62,764 bases of DNA from a virus. Taxonomy: Duplodnaviria; Heunggongvirae; Uroviricota; Caudoviricetes. The stretch lies in IMG/VR virus record IMGVR_UViG_2516143071_000006; one strand, given 5' to 3'. The position numbers and the translations under genes were made by a program. The first letter of the stretch is position 1. The number at the start of each line of letters is the position of its first letter. The notes below the pieces were generated by a model. That model did no database searches. It saw only the letters and a list, made by a program, of their open reading frames with translations, and was not told the origin of the DNA. Of the stretch, positions 41,566 to 50,935 are shown piece after piece.

Positions 41566-41597
41566 CAAAAAAAGCCAGCCACCAGGGGAGGCTGGCA
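41566..41597 (-). terminator. Late-operon terminator candidate (tR'-like)
   Basis: Minus-strand gccagcctcccctggtggctggc followed by uuuuuuug. Confidence 0.45.
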
Positions 41598-41775
41598 AAC
41601 TCGTAGAGCAAAATGCTGTTACGCAAACTTCGTTACAGGGTTATCCTGCAATACTTAAAATATACAATATTTAGAAAACTAATAGTGCCATATGAGATTT
41701 TTAAGATTTTGTTATTAATTGCGGTCGTACCTTCCTTTCTGTGTACTTTCCGTATAGCTCACAGGATTCTGGGTA

Positions 41776-41800
41776 CAAAAAAACCCGCGCATCGGCGGGT
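41776..41800 (-). terminator. Second intrinsic terminator candidate about 50 nt downstream of the Q stop
   Basis: Minus-strand cccgccgatgcgcggg followed by uuuuuuu. Confidence 0.4.
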
Positions 41801-41846
41801 TCGGCTGCGTGGCAATGTAACCACTCTTATCATGATATGCAGATTT

Positions 41847-42380
41847 TTACGATCGTAAACTATTTTTTCGCTGATAAAATACAGAGCTTCTCCCTCCCGG
41901 CAATTCACGCTCAACATACCGATCCATCTCAAGCCTCACTCCCAGCATCATCAGCATGCCTTCAACAATCCCCTCCGCTTTGTGAAGGCGTTTACCTATA
42001 CAGGTGTCAGAGCACCCATGTTTCCGTGCCAGCGCCATGAACGTCTCCCCCAACACGTAGTAATCAACCAGCAAGTCATGCAGATCGCGATTGTTCCGGT
42101 AAAGGCGGGCTATGCACCCGCATATCACCATCGCATCATCGTCACAGCACTGTGGACGTGATTTTACTTTTTCGGGGATCAGTCCCTTAAATCCGGCAGC
42201 AATGGGCGACCATGTAACATCCTCATAGTTATTTACCGCCCATGCCCCCCAGCGCTCAAGAACCTGCCGGATATCACGCATCAGTATCTTTACCCCATCC
42301 GCGATGAACCATAAGGACGCCATTGACGACGGCGTGCTTTTTCGCATCTTTATCATCAATGTATTTTCTGACTGTAGCAC
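41847..42380 (-). CDS. Q: Late antiterminator Q (non-lambda type); true start probably an internal Met near 42281
   Basis: Position after the nin genes and before the late terminators and lysis genes; Cys-rich region; overlaps ninH end. Confidence 0.65.
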   Translation of the reverse strand: MLQSENTLMIKMRKSTPSSMASLWFIADGVKILMRDIRQVLERWGAWAVNNYEDVTWSPIAAGFKGLIPEKVKSRPQCCDDDAMVICGCIARLYRNNRDLHDLLVDYYVLGETFMALARKHGCSDTCIGKRLHKAEGIVEGMLMMLGVRLEMDRYVERELPGGRSSVFYQRKNSLRS

Positions 42381-42471
42381 GATTGCAGTTCAGTATTCTG
42401 GCGACTTCTGTCTGATTTCCCCTGGTGCAGATCAGTAATTCAGGTATCGTTTGAATTTTAGCATTCATCAA
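42274..42471 (-). CDS. ninH: NinH
   Basis: [38 protein letters not shown]...VLMVHRGW resembles lambda NinH. Confidence 0.8.
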   Translation of the reverse strand: MMNAKIQTIPELLICTRGNQTEVARILNCNRATVRKYIDDKDAKKHAVVNGVLMVHRGWGKDTDA

Positions 42472-42830
42472 ATGTTCTCCAGTTCGGTGATTTTTATCCC
42501 CACTCTACCGCCAGGCACTTTCACGCCGCGAATTACGCGAATGTCATCGAATTGCTCGTCGTCGTCCGCAAATCCGGCGTGGATAAGAGAGTCGAGTAAA
42601 CCTTTCAGGATGTTATCGAGGTCGCGACGGCGGGAATCTGGTGGTTCAGCAATAATTGTGATGCGAAGTCGTGATTTAGTGAAAATGTCTAATCTGAGTT
42701 GCCGGATGATTTGCTGTACGTCTTTTCGGTATTTCTGGCCTTTATCGCTGATGTAGTACTGGCTTCCCCGTCTTCGCCAGTAGGTATTCACCGTCGGCGG
42801 CCAGGGAAGCACAAACTCATATTCATTCAT
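42468..42830 (-). CDS. rusA: RusA Holliday-junction resolvase
   Basis: LPWPP...RRRDLDN motifs. Confidence 0.85.
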   Translation of the reverse strand: MNEYEFVLPWPPTVNTYWRRRGSQYYISDKGQKYRKDVQQIIRQLRLDIFTKSRLRITIIAEPPDSRRRDLDNILKGLLDSLIHAGFADDDEQFDDIRVIRGVKVPGGRVGIKITELENI

Positions 42831-43120
42831 GACTTAATCTTCCCCTCCTTCAGCAATATCGCCTGCGTCCTGATCACGCCTTCCAGGTGGTAAAGTCTGG
42901 CGTCGTTGTTGTCGAGAATTCGGGTGCGTCGGTCGATCTCCGCGTGGCAGTCACTACAAGCCCATGCACCGATCAGGTCGTCAGGCTTCATTCCCGTTCC
43001 GCAAATTCCAGCCATCCGGTAATGTGCCAGAACTGTCGTTTCAGGATTGCCATTGCATACGCCGTAAATCCGTACCTGGCATTCTCTGCCGCGCGCTTCT
43101 TTGCGTAGGTTTGCCATCAT
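42827..43120 (-). CDS. YbcO-like (DUF1364) nin-region protein
   Basis: RGRECQVRIYGVCNGNPETTVLAHYR...CSDCHAEIDRR. Confidence 0.7.
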   Translation of the reverse strand: MMANLRKEARGRECQVRIYGVCNGNPETTVLAHYRMAGICGTGMKPDDLIGAWACSDCHAEIDRRTRILDNNDARLYHLEGVIRTQAILLKEGKIKS

Positions 43121-43328
43121 CTTATTCCTCGTACATTGAACTATCCGGAGTGACTATTAAATCTTGCACGACGTCTGAGCCACCGGACATCCCACAGGTG
43201 AGACGTATAATTGAAGGTTTTTACATCAGATTCGTTGGGGATTGGCCTGGGTTTATTTCGGGAGCGTTTCGTTGGAAGGTAATTGCAGTTTTCACAGACT
43301 ATATCGGTAATGCTTCGTCGCTGTCGTC

Positions 43329-43739
43329 TCATTCATACCTCCTGTCGGTAAATCTGACACCCTGCTCCACAGCCCAGGAAGTTGTGTACTCAATCAGGCT
43401 TGCCATACGCTTCACGCTCATCTGCGCACTGCTTTCGCGGATATTGACGTATTCACCTTCAAGACCTGGCAAAACATCAGCTTCCTGTTTTGTAGCCACG
43501 GCATGACCGCTGATTAACAAAACTTTCCACTGTTCTGGTTTTAGCCATCTGCCGCACCACTGAACCTGTCGGGAGATATCAGCGACCATCGCGTGAAATT
43601 TGGCATTTTGATCGAGATTCCGCTTGTAATCGGTGATGCGGATCGTAACGGGTTTGTCTTTATCGAGAGTTGTTGCAAGGATGGCGTTAATGGCGAATTG
43701 TTGCTGCTGCTTACTTCGGAGGAAGATAGTCTGGTTCAT
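43329..43739 (-). CDS. ninB: NinB recombination protein
   Basis: [25 protein letters not shown] resembles lambda NinB. Confidence 0.8.
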   Translation of the reverse strand: MNQTIFLRSKQQQQFAINAILATTLDKDKPVTIRITDYKRNLDQNAKFHAMVADISRQVQWCGRWLKPEQWKVLLISGHAVATKQEADVLPGLEGEYVNIRESSAQMSVKRMASLIEYTTSWAVEQGVRFTDRRYE

Positions 43740-43793
43740 TATTCCCTCTCACTGGATTTTCCCAACAAAAAAGGAGCCGAAGCTCCTTTAGTT

Positions 43794-44465
43794 TCAGAAT
43801 TCAAATTGTCTTGCCCGCAGGCTTTTCAGCATTGGCATGGCCCGCTGGATAATGGAACTTGACATGTCGAGACGTGTTACCTCCCTTAGTAGCGCGTCTC
43901 TGTTCTTCGTCACCATGTAGATGGTCTCAAACGCAATGTCATACAGCTTGTTCGTGTATGAGGAGTTCAGCTCTTTCATAATGGGATACAGGTGTTTGCT
44001 GAGGTCCTGGGCTTTTTCCATCCAGAGCTGCATGTAGCAAAGGAGGATGATTTCTTCGGCTGTGAATTGTGGCTGAATCTGCGGCTGCTGTTCGGTTGGT
44101 GCTGTTTTTCCCTGGCTGAAATAGCAGTCTTCCAGTTTTTCGAATACCTCCCACGCCTGATCAGTTTCGAGCATTTTTGCGTGACGGGCTGCGCCGCGTT
44201 CTGTCCATAGGATGAGGGAGCGAACGTTACGGGCAATTTTCACAGAGTAGTTAAAAGCTACTCTGTGCTTGAACTCACGTAAAGTTTCACCTTCAAGTTT
44301 GAAGAAGTGTTTTTCCTCAATGAAACGACCTTTGTTTTCGTGGTGATTCTGGCGAATACGAATAGCTTCTGTGCCGTAAAGGTGCGCCAAAAGTTCGGTA
44401 GTGATAACGGGGATCTGCTTGTAAGTAATCGTGGAGAGTGTTTCAACAGAAACTTGAGTTGTCAT
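43794..44465 (-). CDS. Phage antirepressor (ORF6N/KilA-N-type N-terminus), C-terminus shared with 2929..3564
   Basis: ITYKQIPVITTELLAHLYGTEAIRIRQNHHENKGRF motif; shared QPQFTAEEIILLCYMQLWMEKAQ...RARQFEF tail. Confidence 0.7.
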   Translation of the reverse strand: MTTQVSVETLSTITYKQIPVITTELLAHLYGTEAIRIRQNHHENKGRFIEEKHFFKLEGETLREFKHRVAFNYSVKIARNVRSLILWTERGAARHAKMLETDQAWEVFEKLEDCYFSQGKTAPTEQQPQIQPQFTAEEIILLCYMQLWMEKAQDLSKHLYPIMKELNSSYTNKLYDIAFETIYMVTKNRDALLREVTRLDMSSSIIQRAMPMLKSLRARQFEF

Positions 44466-44809
44466 AATGACGCCCTCGAGTGGTTTCTAAACTATCACCA
44501 CCGTCAGGTTCCTAATCATCGGGTGGCGAGACGTACAGGGTTAGGAACTACCGGGAAACCAACCGGCGAGCTTTTCAGCTCCCCTATACGCCCCACCATA
44601 ATTCAGATGTGCGTGTGCATACGACAATAAAAAACACGCTCGCGGCGTGTCTCTGTCGCGGTTTCTATCCGGGGTTCCTAATCCCGACGCCAGATTTTGC
44701 TGGCGTGCGATGAATATAATCCCGGATACGCGACGTTGTCAAACTGATGGCATTGCAGATCCCTACGCAATGTAACACTATGTGTTATACATTAATAACG
44801 GAACAAAAA

Positions 44810-45117
44810 ATGCGCATTTTTAAAAACGCCTGGTTTGAGCGACTTGCACGCAAAACAAAATATCCGACCAATCACTGCGCGAAATTGTTAAACAGGCTGA
44901 TAACGGGCTTATCTCAGCAAACCTGGGTAACGGCGTTATCAAGCAACGTCTGCCACGAGTCGGTGGCGGCAAATCTGGCGGTTATCGCACAATCATTTTC
45001 TATCGCGTCGGCACAAGGGCCTTTTTCGTATATGCATACGCAAAAAATGAACGTGAAAATATAACCGCTACTGAGGAAAGTGCATTTCGGAAGGGGCTCC
45101 TCACGTACTCAATCTAA
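44810..45117 (+). pseudogene. RelE/ParE/HigB-like toxin interrupted by a +1 frameshift in an A-run
   Basis: Frame 1 reads MRIFKNAWFERLARK; frame 3 continues QNKISDQSLREIVKQADNGLISANLGNGVIKQRLPRVGGGKSGGYRTIIFYRVGTRAFFVYAYAKNERENI...; junction at aaaa 44852..44855. Confidence 0.6.
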
Positions 45118-45171
45118 CAGATGAACAACTGGCACAACTGATTCTACAGGGTCAGTTTACGGAGGTACCCA

Positions 45172-45489
45172 ATGAGTAAAAATTACCGCAGTGATGCGCT
45201 TGCATCCGTACATGAAATGATGGAATCGCTTCATGATATCGGCGCAGTAACGAAACAGACTATGCGAGAATTCGATGAAACTTGTCTCCAGCCAGCGCCG
45301 GTAATGTCTCCGGAAAGGATCCGTGCACTGCGCGAACGAGAGCATCTGTCTCAACCTGTTTTTGCCAGATACCTCAACGTCAGTAAAAACCTGATATCAG
45401 ACTGGGAACGTGGTGTAAAACGGCCGGGAGGTGCCGCTCTTCGCCTTCTTTCAGTCGTAGAGAAAAACGGAATCCAGGTAATATCATGA
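45172..45489 (+). CDS. HTH (XRE-type) antitoxin-like protein, HigA-like partner of the upstream toxin
   Basis: 105 aa, C-terminal HTH (LSQPVFARYLNVSKNLISDWERG); immediately downstream of the toxin reading frame. Confidence 0.65.
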   Translation: MSKNYRSDALASVHEMMESLHDIGAVTKQTMREFDETCLQPAPVMSPERIRALREREHLSQPVFARYLNVSKNLISDWERGVKRPGGAALRLLSVVEKNGIQVIS

Positions 45490-45499
45490 TACTCCAATA

Positions 45500-45530
45500 C
45501 AACAAAACCCGCCGAAGCGGGTTTTCATTA
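45500..45530. terminator. Bidirectional terminator between convergent genes
   Basis: acccgccgaagcgggt hairpin flanked by A-run and T-run. Confidence 0.5.
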
Positions 45531-45539
45531 GAAGCACCT

Positions 45540-46025
45540 TTAGTTTTGCTGTTCTATTTTAAGCTTGATAGTTTCATACAAAACAATAGTTGCGCCTGTT
45601 TTACATAATTCCCGGCTGTCATACGCACGAGACCAATAACACAACCAGTTCTCGAGATCTTCTCGAGTATAGGTTTTGCAGGCCAGTCCCTCTGCCATTT
45701 CCACGATTTCATCGCCTGGTGCTGTTAACTCATAGCCATTCAACAACAAGAAGACATAACCAGCCATCATAGCTGTTCGTTTGTTTGCATTAGCAAATGG
45801 ATGATTCTGAATCAGACTTTCAATCAATACTGATGCCAGTACAAACATGTCATTAGTCTGTTCATACCATCGAACCATGCTGGGACGAGACTGAGAAGAA
45901 CTTAAATTATCAACACTCAGCACACTAACAGGTTCATCTGGTGTTTGAAGCTCAATTAAAAGGCGATTAATTTCGGTAAGATCATCAAACGAAAGGTAGT
46001 GCACTCCTTCAACAATCTCAGCCAT
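45540..46025 (-). CDS. doc: Fic/Doc-family toxin
   Basis: HPFANANKRTA motif (HPFxxGNKR type). Confidence 0.7.
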   Translation of the reverse strand: MAEIVEGVHYLSFDDLTEINRLLIELQTPDEPVSVLSVDNLSSSQSRPSMVRWYEQTNDMFVLASVLIESLIQNHPFANANKRTAMMAGYVFLLLNGYELTAPGDEIVEMAEGLACKTYTREDLENWLCYWSRAYDSRELCKTGATIVLYETIKLKIEQQN

Positions 46026-46043
46026 AGAGCACAATACCCATCA

Positions 46044-46268
46044 TTACACTTTTGAAAGTTCTTCCATTGCCTTCTCGTAACGAGAAAAACCGAAATCGAA
46101 AGCATTTTTCACCTGCTCACGATGAGTGCAATTTTCATCGATAGCCGGGCGCGGAGCTGCCACAACGCTTTTATCGCGAGGGGGAATAGTCAATCGCGGG
46201 TGTTTTTTTAGTGCGTAGCTCATTGGGTGTACCCTTACTTCTCCGTCCTGTTCTTTAACAAAAATCAA
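46044..46268 (-). CDS. Putative antitoxin for the Doc-like toxin
   Basis: Small ORF 10 nt upstream of the toxin on the same strand; no family assigned. Confidence 0.4.
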   Translation of the reverse strand: MIFVKEQDGEVRVHPMSYALKKHPRLTIPPRDKSVVAAPRPAIDENCTHREQVKNAFDFGFSRYEKAMEELSKV

Positions 46269-46341
46269 GTCAATACAAAATTAGTCAGGCTAATGTTGTT
46301 AGCATAGCCTAATACCAATCGTATTCACAACCACAGTAAGT

Positions 46342-46364
46342 GAAAAAACCCGCCGAAGCGGGTT
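46342..46364 (-). terminator. Intrinsic terminator downstream of hok
   Basis: Minus-strand acccgcttcggcgggt followed by uuuuuuc. Confidence 0.5.
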
Positions 46365-46432
46365 AAGTGCGGGTGCGTTGAGGATGCCTGACACATCAGA
46401 GGTGGCGAGGGATTTCTCCCTCGCCGGGTCTC

Positions 46433-46588
46433 TTACTCCTCAGGTTCGTAAGCTGTGAAGACAGCAACCTCCGTCTGACCGGTTCGGATTCGTACCTCGC
46501 AGAGGTCTTTCCTCGTTACCAGTGCCGTCACTACGACGGTAATACAGATGACGATCAGGGCGACTAACATCGCCTTTTGCTGCTTCAT
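46433..46588 (-). CDS. hok: Hok-family type I toxin (HokD/RelF-like); an in-frame upstream extension to 46645 is mok-like
   Basis: MKQQKAMLVALIVICITVVVTALVTRKDLCEVRIRTGQTEVAVFTAYEPEE is near-identical to HokD/RelF as remembered. Confidence 0.8.
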   Translation of the reverse strand: MKQQKAMLVALIVICITVVVTALVTRKDLCEVRIRTGQTEVAVFTAYEPEE

Positions 46589-46833
46589 AGCCTGCTTCTC
46601 CTTGCCTTTCGGCGCGTAAGAGGCTAACCTACATGTGTCTAGCATGAAATTGGCCTCAGATTAATGTTAGGCGTCTTGCAGGACGCGTAATGTTAACTGG
46701 GGTTTTTCTCTGTCTGCCTTACGGTGGCATGCCCGAGGCAGACAGCCTCAAGCACCCGCAGCAATTCTACTTAACTCTCGCTTTACCGCAAACCGTTTTT
46801 ACCCGATATGGGAATTCCCATATCGTAATGAAT

Positions 46834-46938
46834 TCAGTTCCCTAGTCGATCCATCAAAAACACAACCAGGCAGTAAACGCCCACAACAGCAATAACAGCC
46901 AGCGCACCTTCCATTGCCAGTGATATATCATCCGACAT
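46834..46938 (-). CDS. Small hydrophobic peptide (34 aa), not in the ORF track
   Basis: MSDDISLAMEGALAVIAVVGVYCLVVFLMDRLGN with AGGAGG 6 nt upstream of the ATG. Confidence 0.35.
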   Translation of the reverse strand: MSDDISLAMEGALAVIAVVGVYCLVVFLMDRLGN

Positions 46939-46973
46939 ATTCCCTCCTTTGGTGTTAATCCCGGCGAACGTTT

Positions 46974-47057
46974 TTACCCCCACCGACAAATAACATATAC
47001 TAAAAAAGTGATAGCCATAGCAACGCCTGTAATTGCAAATGCTTCAGGCCAGTTCAT
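46974..47057 (-). CDS. Small hydrophobic peptide (27 aa), translationally coupled to the DUF551 gene
   Basis: MNWPEAFAITGVAMAITFLVYVICRWG; ATG overlaps the DUF551 stop (ATGA); a stop-disrupted copy lies at 5951..6035. Confidence 0.35.
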   Translation of the reverse strand: MNWPEAFAITGVAMAITFLVYVICRWG

Positions 47058-47638
47058 TGGCGCACCTCCTGCGGCGGTTCTGGTAGCGGCATCCAGTCGG
47101 TTACATTGCGGCTCTGTGTTTCGAAAAATTCATCACCATCACGGACTACATCAAAAAACTCACCGTCTCGATATTGCGCATAAAGAACGAATGCGCCATC
47201 ACATAAAATAATTACGTGCTGACCGTCATCCGGCATTCGCTCACTACAGCTTATCCAACCATCCAGAGTTACCGGATGGTTGGTTGACGTTTCCGAGATT
47301 TCCCGAAAATTATTGGTTGACGAACCCTTCTTTTCCCGAAAGTTTCCAGCCTGAAGCATGGCGGCGCTGTCTGGCGGGGCAGCATATAGCGGCACGTATA
47401 TTTCCGGTTCCTTATCAGCACCGGGTTGCTCTTCCAGTGAGAATGTCTTTCCGGTAAATCGATTCATATAAAGCACGGGCTCTGCTTCCAGCGAAGCCTG
47501 AGCAACAAGGGCCAGTGCTAAATCCAACTCAATTGCCTCGAGAGAATTTTTGAATGCTGTCTGTTTTACTGCAAATTTCATCGCCTTTACATTTTCACTA
47601 ACATGACTGATTAACTGCTCTTTTGTAAAAGTGGTCAT
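47054..47638 (-). CDS. DUF551-type phage protein
   Basis: C-terminal DGWISCSERMP...WMPLPEPPQEVRQ; ATG at 47638 has an AAGGAG RBS. Confidence 0.6.
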   Translation of the reverse strand: MTTFTKEQLISHVSENVKAMKFAVKQTAFKNSLEAIELDLALALVAQASLEAEPVLYMNRFTGKTFSLEEQPGADKEPEIYVPLYAAPPDSAAMLQAGNFREKKGSSTNNFREISETSTNHPVTLDGWISCSERMPDDGQHVIILCDGAFVLYAQYRDGEFFDVVRDGDEFFETQSRNVTDWMPLPEPPQEVRQ

Positions 47639-47694
47639 CTCATTCTCCTTTGATGCGAATGCCAGCGACAATTGAAGCCTGATAGCTAATTTAC

Positions 47695-48105
47695 TCACAG
47701 TACCGCCTCCTGAAAATTCCCCTGATAGAAAGCCAGCACGCGCTGCATAACTTCACTATTCCGGCACTCGCGACAGATTATGTTCAGGCGTCTATCGTAG
47801 CGGCGAATTTCTCCGTCTGGTAACTTTCGAATCAATGTCTGGTCAGTTGTTTTCTCCGGTGTCTTACGCCATACGCGATACACCTGTTCTGATGCAAAAA
47901 CACCGTATTTACCGGACATGTATAAATCGCCACAAGCCAGTACATCCACAAGGCAACGTCTGACTGAATGCCAGCCTGCTCCCGTCGCTCTCTCCAGTTG
48001 CGATATCGTCATGCGTTCATTTTTGCGTACCAATCCGATAATTCGTGCCTTCAGTTCTTCCCGCTGTTCGTGTGTAAAAGGTTTCGCCATAAGCGCCTCC
48101 GGCAA
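47695..48105 (-). CDS. Hypothetical protein
   Basis: 136-aa ORF between replication and DUF551 genes. Confidence 0.45.
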   Translation of the reverse strand: MPEALMAKPFTHEQREELKARIIGLVRKNERMTISQLERATGAGWHSVRRCLVDVLACGDLYMSGKYGVFASEQVYRVWRKTPEKTTDQTLIRKLPDGEIRRYDRRLNIICRECRNSEVMQRVLAFYQGNFQEAVL

Positions 48106-48876
48106 TCACTTTTCCGACACAATACGACCGGATGAATCGACAATCTGTCGAACAATATCCCGGTGCTTGTTCAGCTCCCGCAGCGCGGCGCAGACTCGCT
48201 CCCACTTCTGGACCTGTTTTTTGGCGCGACGAAGTTCTCGACTGGCAGCATGCAGCGATGGAAGCATCACCGAACTGGCAGATTTTTCGGTGAATGATGG
48301 AACTTCTCGGATAAACTCATCTGTACTGGCCTTTGCCGTGCTCTCTGATGCCAACGGAAAACGATTCATTTCATCGCCTGCCGCGCTGTTTTCTGCGTCA
48401 TGGTGTGATTGCTTATTCTGCGATGATAAGGCGCTCAAATCGCCGTTTTCGACATCAGGCATTTTGTAACGGAATTTTCCGTTGCTGATCTCGCGTACCA
48501 GGCGTCTCGTTGCTGTTACCACCGCCAACGTGGAAGCAACCTTACGAGTGCTGACACCGAACTTCCCCGCCAGTTCCTCACAGGTTTTAGCCCCCTCCTG
48601 AGAGATAAACTCAATCATCATGTCAGCGCTAACTTTTGGAGCGACCTCTTCGGTCAGCATATCCTGTGTTTCAGATTTTACTGGCCGCTCTTCGGTTACC
48701 CCGGCTTCACCTTCGACAGCCAGAAACCAGGTGTGACCCGTTTTATCAACAACGCCATTTTTTTTGAGCTCCCACAGTTCGTTGAGAACTTCTTCACGGC
48801 TGATATCAAGCCGCGCCGCCAGTTCAACAGAATTGGCTTTTCCCATCGCTTTCAGTGCATGCAATACGGTTTCCAT
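48106..48876 (-). CDS. Hypothetical phage protein with a winged-helix-like N-terminus
   Basis: 256-aa ORF directly downstream of the DnaC-like gene. Confidence 0.5.
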   Translation of the reverse strand: METVLHALKAMGKANSVELAARLDISREEVLNELWELKKNGVVDKTGHTWFLAVEGEAGVTEERPVKSETQDMLTEEVAPKVSADMMIEFISQEGAKTCEELAGKFGVSTRKVASTLAVVTATRRLVREISNGKFRYKMPDVENGDLSALSSQNKQSHHDAENSAAGDEMNRFPLASESTAKASTDEFIREVPSFTEKSASSVMLPSLHAASRELRRAKKQVQKWERVCAALRELNKHRDIVRQIVDSSGRIVSEK

Positions 48877-48901
48877 CGAAAATTTACCTCGTCAAAAATT
48901 C

Positions 48902-49642
48902 TCACATACCCTGACGTCCAACGTTTGACCGCCAGCTCTCCCAGTTAAAATTCACCCAACGACCACCGTTCATGGTCATCCGGTCCATAATCCTCTCACC
49001 AAGAAGCGTGCTCATTGCGGCATGATTCAGGTTTGTCAGCATCCCGACACTGCGCAGTGATGCCGTCCGGCGGTCAACAATCTGGTGCAGTACCACCTGC
49101 TCGTTTTTCGTCTCACGCTGGATGCCAATTTCGTCAAGAACCAGGAGGTCCACTTCGCACAGTTCACGCAAAAATTTTTCCCCTGACAGTCCGTCGTCAT
49201 AGCTGGCATGTAACGCGCTCATCACATCCGCCACGGTGACCACTATCACGGATTTACCGGCCTTCAGCAGACGATTACCCACAGCCGCCGCCAGATGATT
49301 TTTTCCGGTTCCCGGATTCCCGCTGAACACGAAGTTTGTATAACTGGTCATCAATTCATCGACAATGGATTTCGCCTGGCTCAGAGCATGGCGCTGACCG
49401 TCGTTCTGCACCCGGTAGTTCCCGAATGAGCACTTCCTGTGAAGCGGCTGGATGCCCGCACGGTTCAGGATTTTTTCAACCCGCGCCTGATGATTCAGGC
49501 GGTTAATTTCCTCGCTGCGCTTACGGCCCTCAGCCAGTTGCCATTCCCGCCATTCGTCGGTCGTCCGGAACGGTGCTGCCACGTGCGGTGGTGCCAGACG
49601 GCGCACCCGTTCAAGAATCCCTCCAGTCGAAATGTTTTTCAT
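48902..49642 (-). CDS. DnaC/IstB-like helicase loader (replication protein P analogue)
   Basis: Walker A GNPGTGKNHLAAAVG, Walker B DLLVLDEIG. Confidence 0.8.
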   Translation of the reverse strand: MKNISTGGILERVRRLAPPHVAAPFRTTDEWREWQLAEGRKRSEEINRLNHQARVEKILNRAGIQPLHRKCSFGNYRVQNDGQRHALSQAKSIVDELMTSYTNFVFSGNPGTGKNHLAAAVGNRLLKAGKSVIVVTVADVMSALHASYDDGLSGEKFLRELCEVDLLVLDEIGIQRETKNEQVVLHQIVDRRTASLRSVGMLTNLNHAAMSTLLGERIMDRMTMNGGRWVNFNWESWRSNVGRQGM

Positions 49643-49648
49643 GGCTGA

Positions 49649-50731
49649 TTACCCCCTGAAACCCGGCGGAATTTCGGTGTCCGGTTCAGAAATGTGATTC
49701 ACGCAACGCAGGCTGACTGCGCCAGCCTTCGGCAGCGACCACGGATTTTCGAAATTCCTGTTCGGGCCAAAAAACGTCGATGCCTGCTGAACAAATTCAG
49801 TTCCCGCTTTCCCGGTAGCCTCCAGGTATCTTGCGTAACGCCTCACGCCATCCAGCACGACATCCGGTGACACCCCTTCGCGTAATCTGGCCCTCCAGGC
49901 ATTGAACGCGGATTTCTTCGGGTTTGACCCTGCCCGATGCGGATATTCACGCCAGACCCGTTCGAACACGTCAGGATAATCAACTCGTCCCGCAGACGGT
50001 CCCGGCATCTCCCGGGTTAACCCAATCGGCTTCCCGCTCATCGCGGAATCGGCATCAGGCTGCTGCGGTTGGTGCTGTTGCTCCGGTTCGACGATCAGCA
50101 CCTGCTGCACACAACGCCCGGAATCTGCTTCCGGTGTCGTGCCAGTTGGTCCTGGACGCTCAGTCAGAACGGGGCAAGAATCCCCCTGTGGGTCCGTGGC
50201 GATTTTTTCGCCATGGACCAGAAGGGTTTTATCTCTTTCCTGTTCCTGTTCCTGTTCTTGTTCTTGGCTTGAAAGGGGCTCTGAAGGGGCTTCAATTTTC
50301 CGACATGATTCACGTCTGACATCCAGGTGGAAATCATCCTTATATCTATCATAAAAGGATGATAAAAAAGGATTTTCCAGCAACGCGGAATATTCATTTC
50401 TTACCCCAGCACAACGGTTATCGCCAGGTTTCAGCGATTCACCAACCTGCCATGCTGCCATTTCATGCACCCATACAACCTCAGAATCATGGTCATAGCT
50501 GCAAAAACCAGCCTCGCAAGCCATTTGAAGCCCCTTAGAAGCCCCTTCAGGATCAAGTCCGGTTTCGTGAGCAATGTACAAAACAGGCAGGTAATAAAGG
50601 CCCAGCATATTGGAATGAGGCGAGGTCATCATATACAACGCCACTACCATACATTCCGGACCAGACTTCCTTAGTTTTCTCCCTGTTTCGCCTAACCAGA
50701 ACTGAGGTGAAATTGTTGCGTAATTACGCAT
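49649..50731 (-). CDS. O: Replication initiator (O-like)
   Basis: Position between cII and the DnaC-like gene; internal EQ and QQPQ repeats overlying repeated DNA. Confidence 0.65.
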   Translation of the reverse strand: MRNYATISPQFWLGETGRKLRKSGPECMVVALYMMTSPHSNMLGLYYLPVLYIAHETGLDPEGASKGLQMACEAGFCSYDHDSEVVWVHEMAAWQVGESLKPGDNRCAGVRNEYSALLENPFLSSFYDRYKDDFHLDVRRESCRKIEAPSEPLSSQEQEQEQEQERDKTLLVHGEKIATDPQGDSCPVLTERPGPTGTTPEADSGRCVQQVLIVEPEQQHQPQQPDADSAMSGKPIGLTREMPGPSAGRVDYPDVFERVWREYPHRAGSNPKKSAFNAWRARLREGVSPDVVLDGVRRYARYLEATGKAGTEFVQQASTFFGPNRNFENPWSLPKAGAVSLRCVNHISEPDTEIPPGFRG

Positions 50732-50762
50732 AGTCCCCTCGCATACAAGATTTACTCCATAC

Positions 50763-50935
50763 CGCAGACGGTCCCGGTATCTCCCGGGTTAACCCAATCG
50801 GCTTCAGGCTGCTGCGGTTGGTGTGACTGCACATTGGTGTGACTGCACATCTTCACAGACGGTCCCGGTATCTCCGGGTTAACCCAATCGGCTTCAGGCT
50901 GCTGCGGTTGGTGTTGTTGCTGGCGAAATTCTTCC
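50763..50935. repeat. Two tandem copies of a roughly 60-bp segment also present inside the O gene (around 49990..50090), plus a 16-bp doublet
   Basis: cgcagacggtcccggtatctcccgggttaacccaatcggcttcaggctgctgcggttggtg occurs twice here and once within O; contains the gggttaaccc palindrome. Confidence 0.6.

Noticed and set aside
41270-41674. 134-aa plus-strand ORF in the Q-nanS gap
   Set aside because: Runs antisense to late transcription through hairpin-rich DNA with no RBS or recognisable domains.
41082-41846. Looked for stxA/stxB and tRNA genes between Q and nanS-p
   Set aside because: Gap is only about 770 bp, no ORF resembles Stx subunits, and no tRNA-like cloverleaf or T-loop motif was seen.
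44747-45064. ORF-track reading frame of the toxin gene as an intact 105-aa protein
   Set aside because: Only the first 15 residues from the internal Met look toxin-like in that frame; the conserved core is in another frame, so the track ORF is a frameshift artefact.
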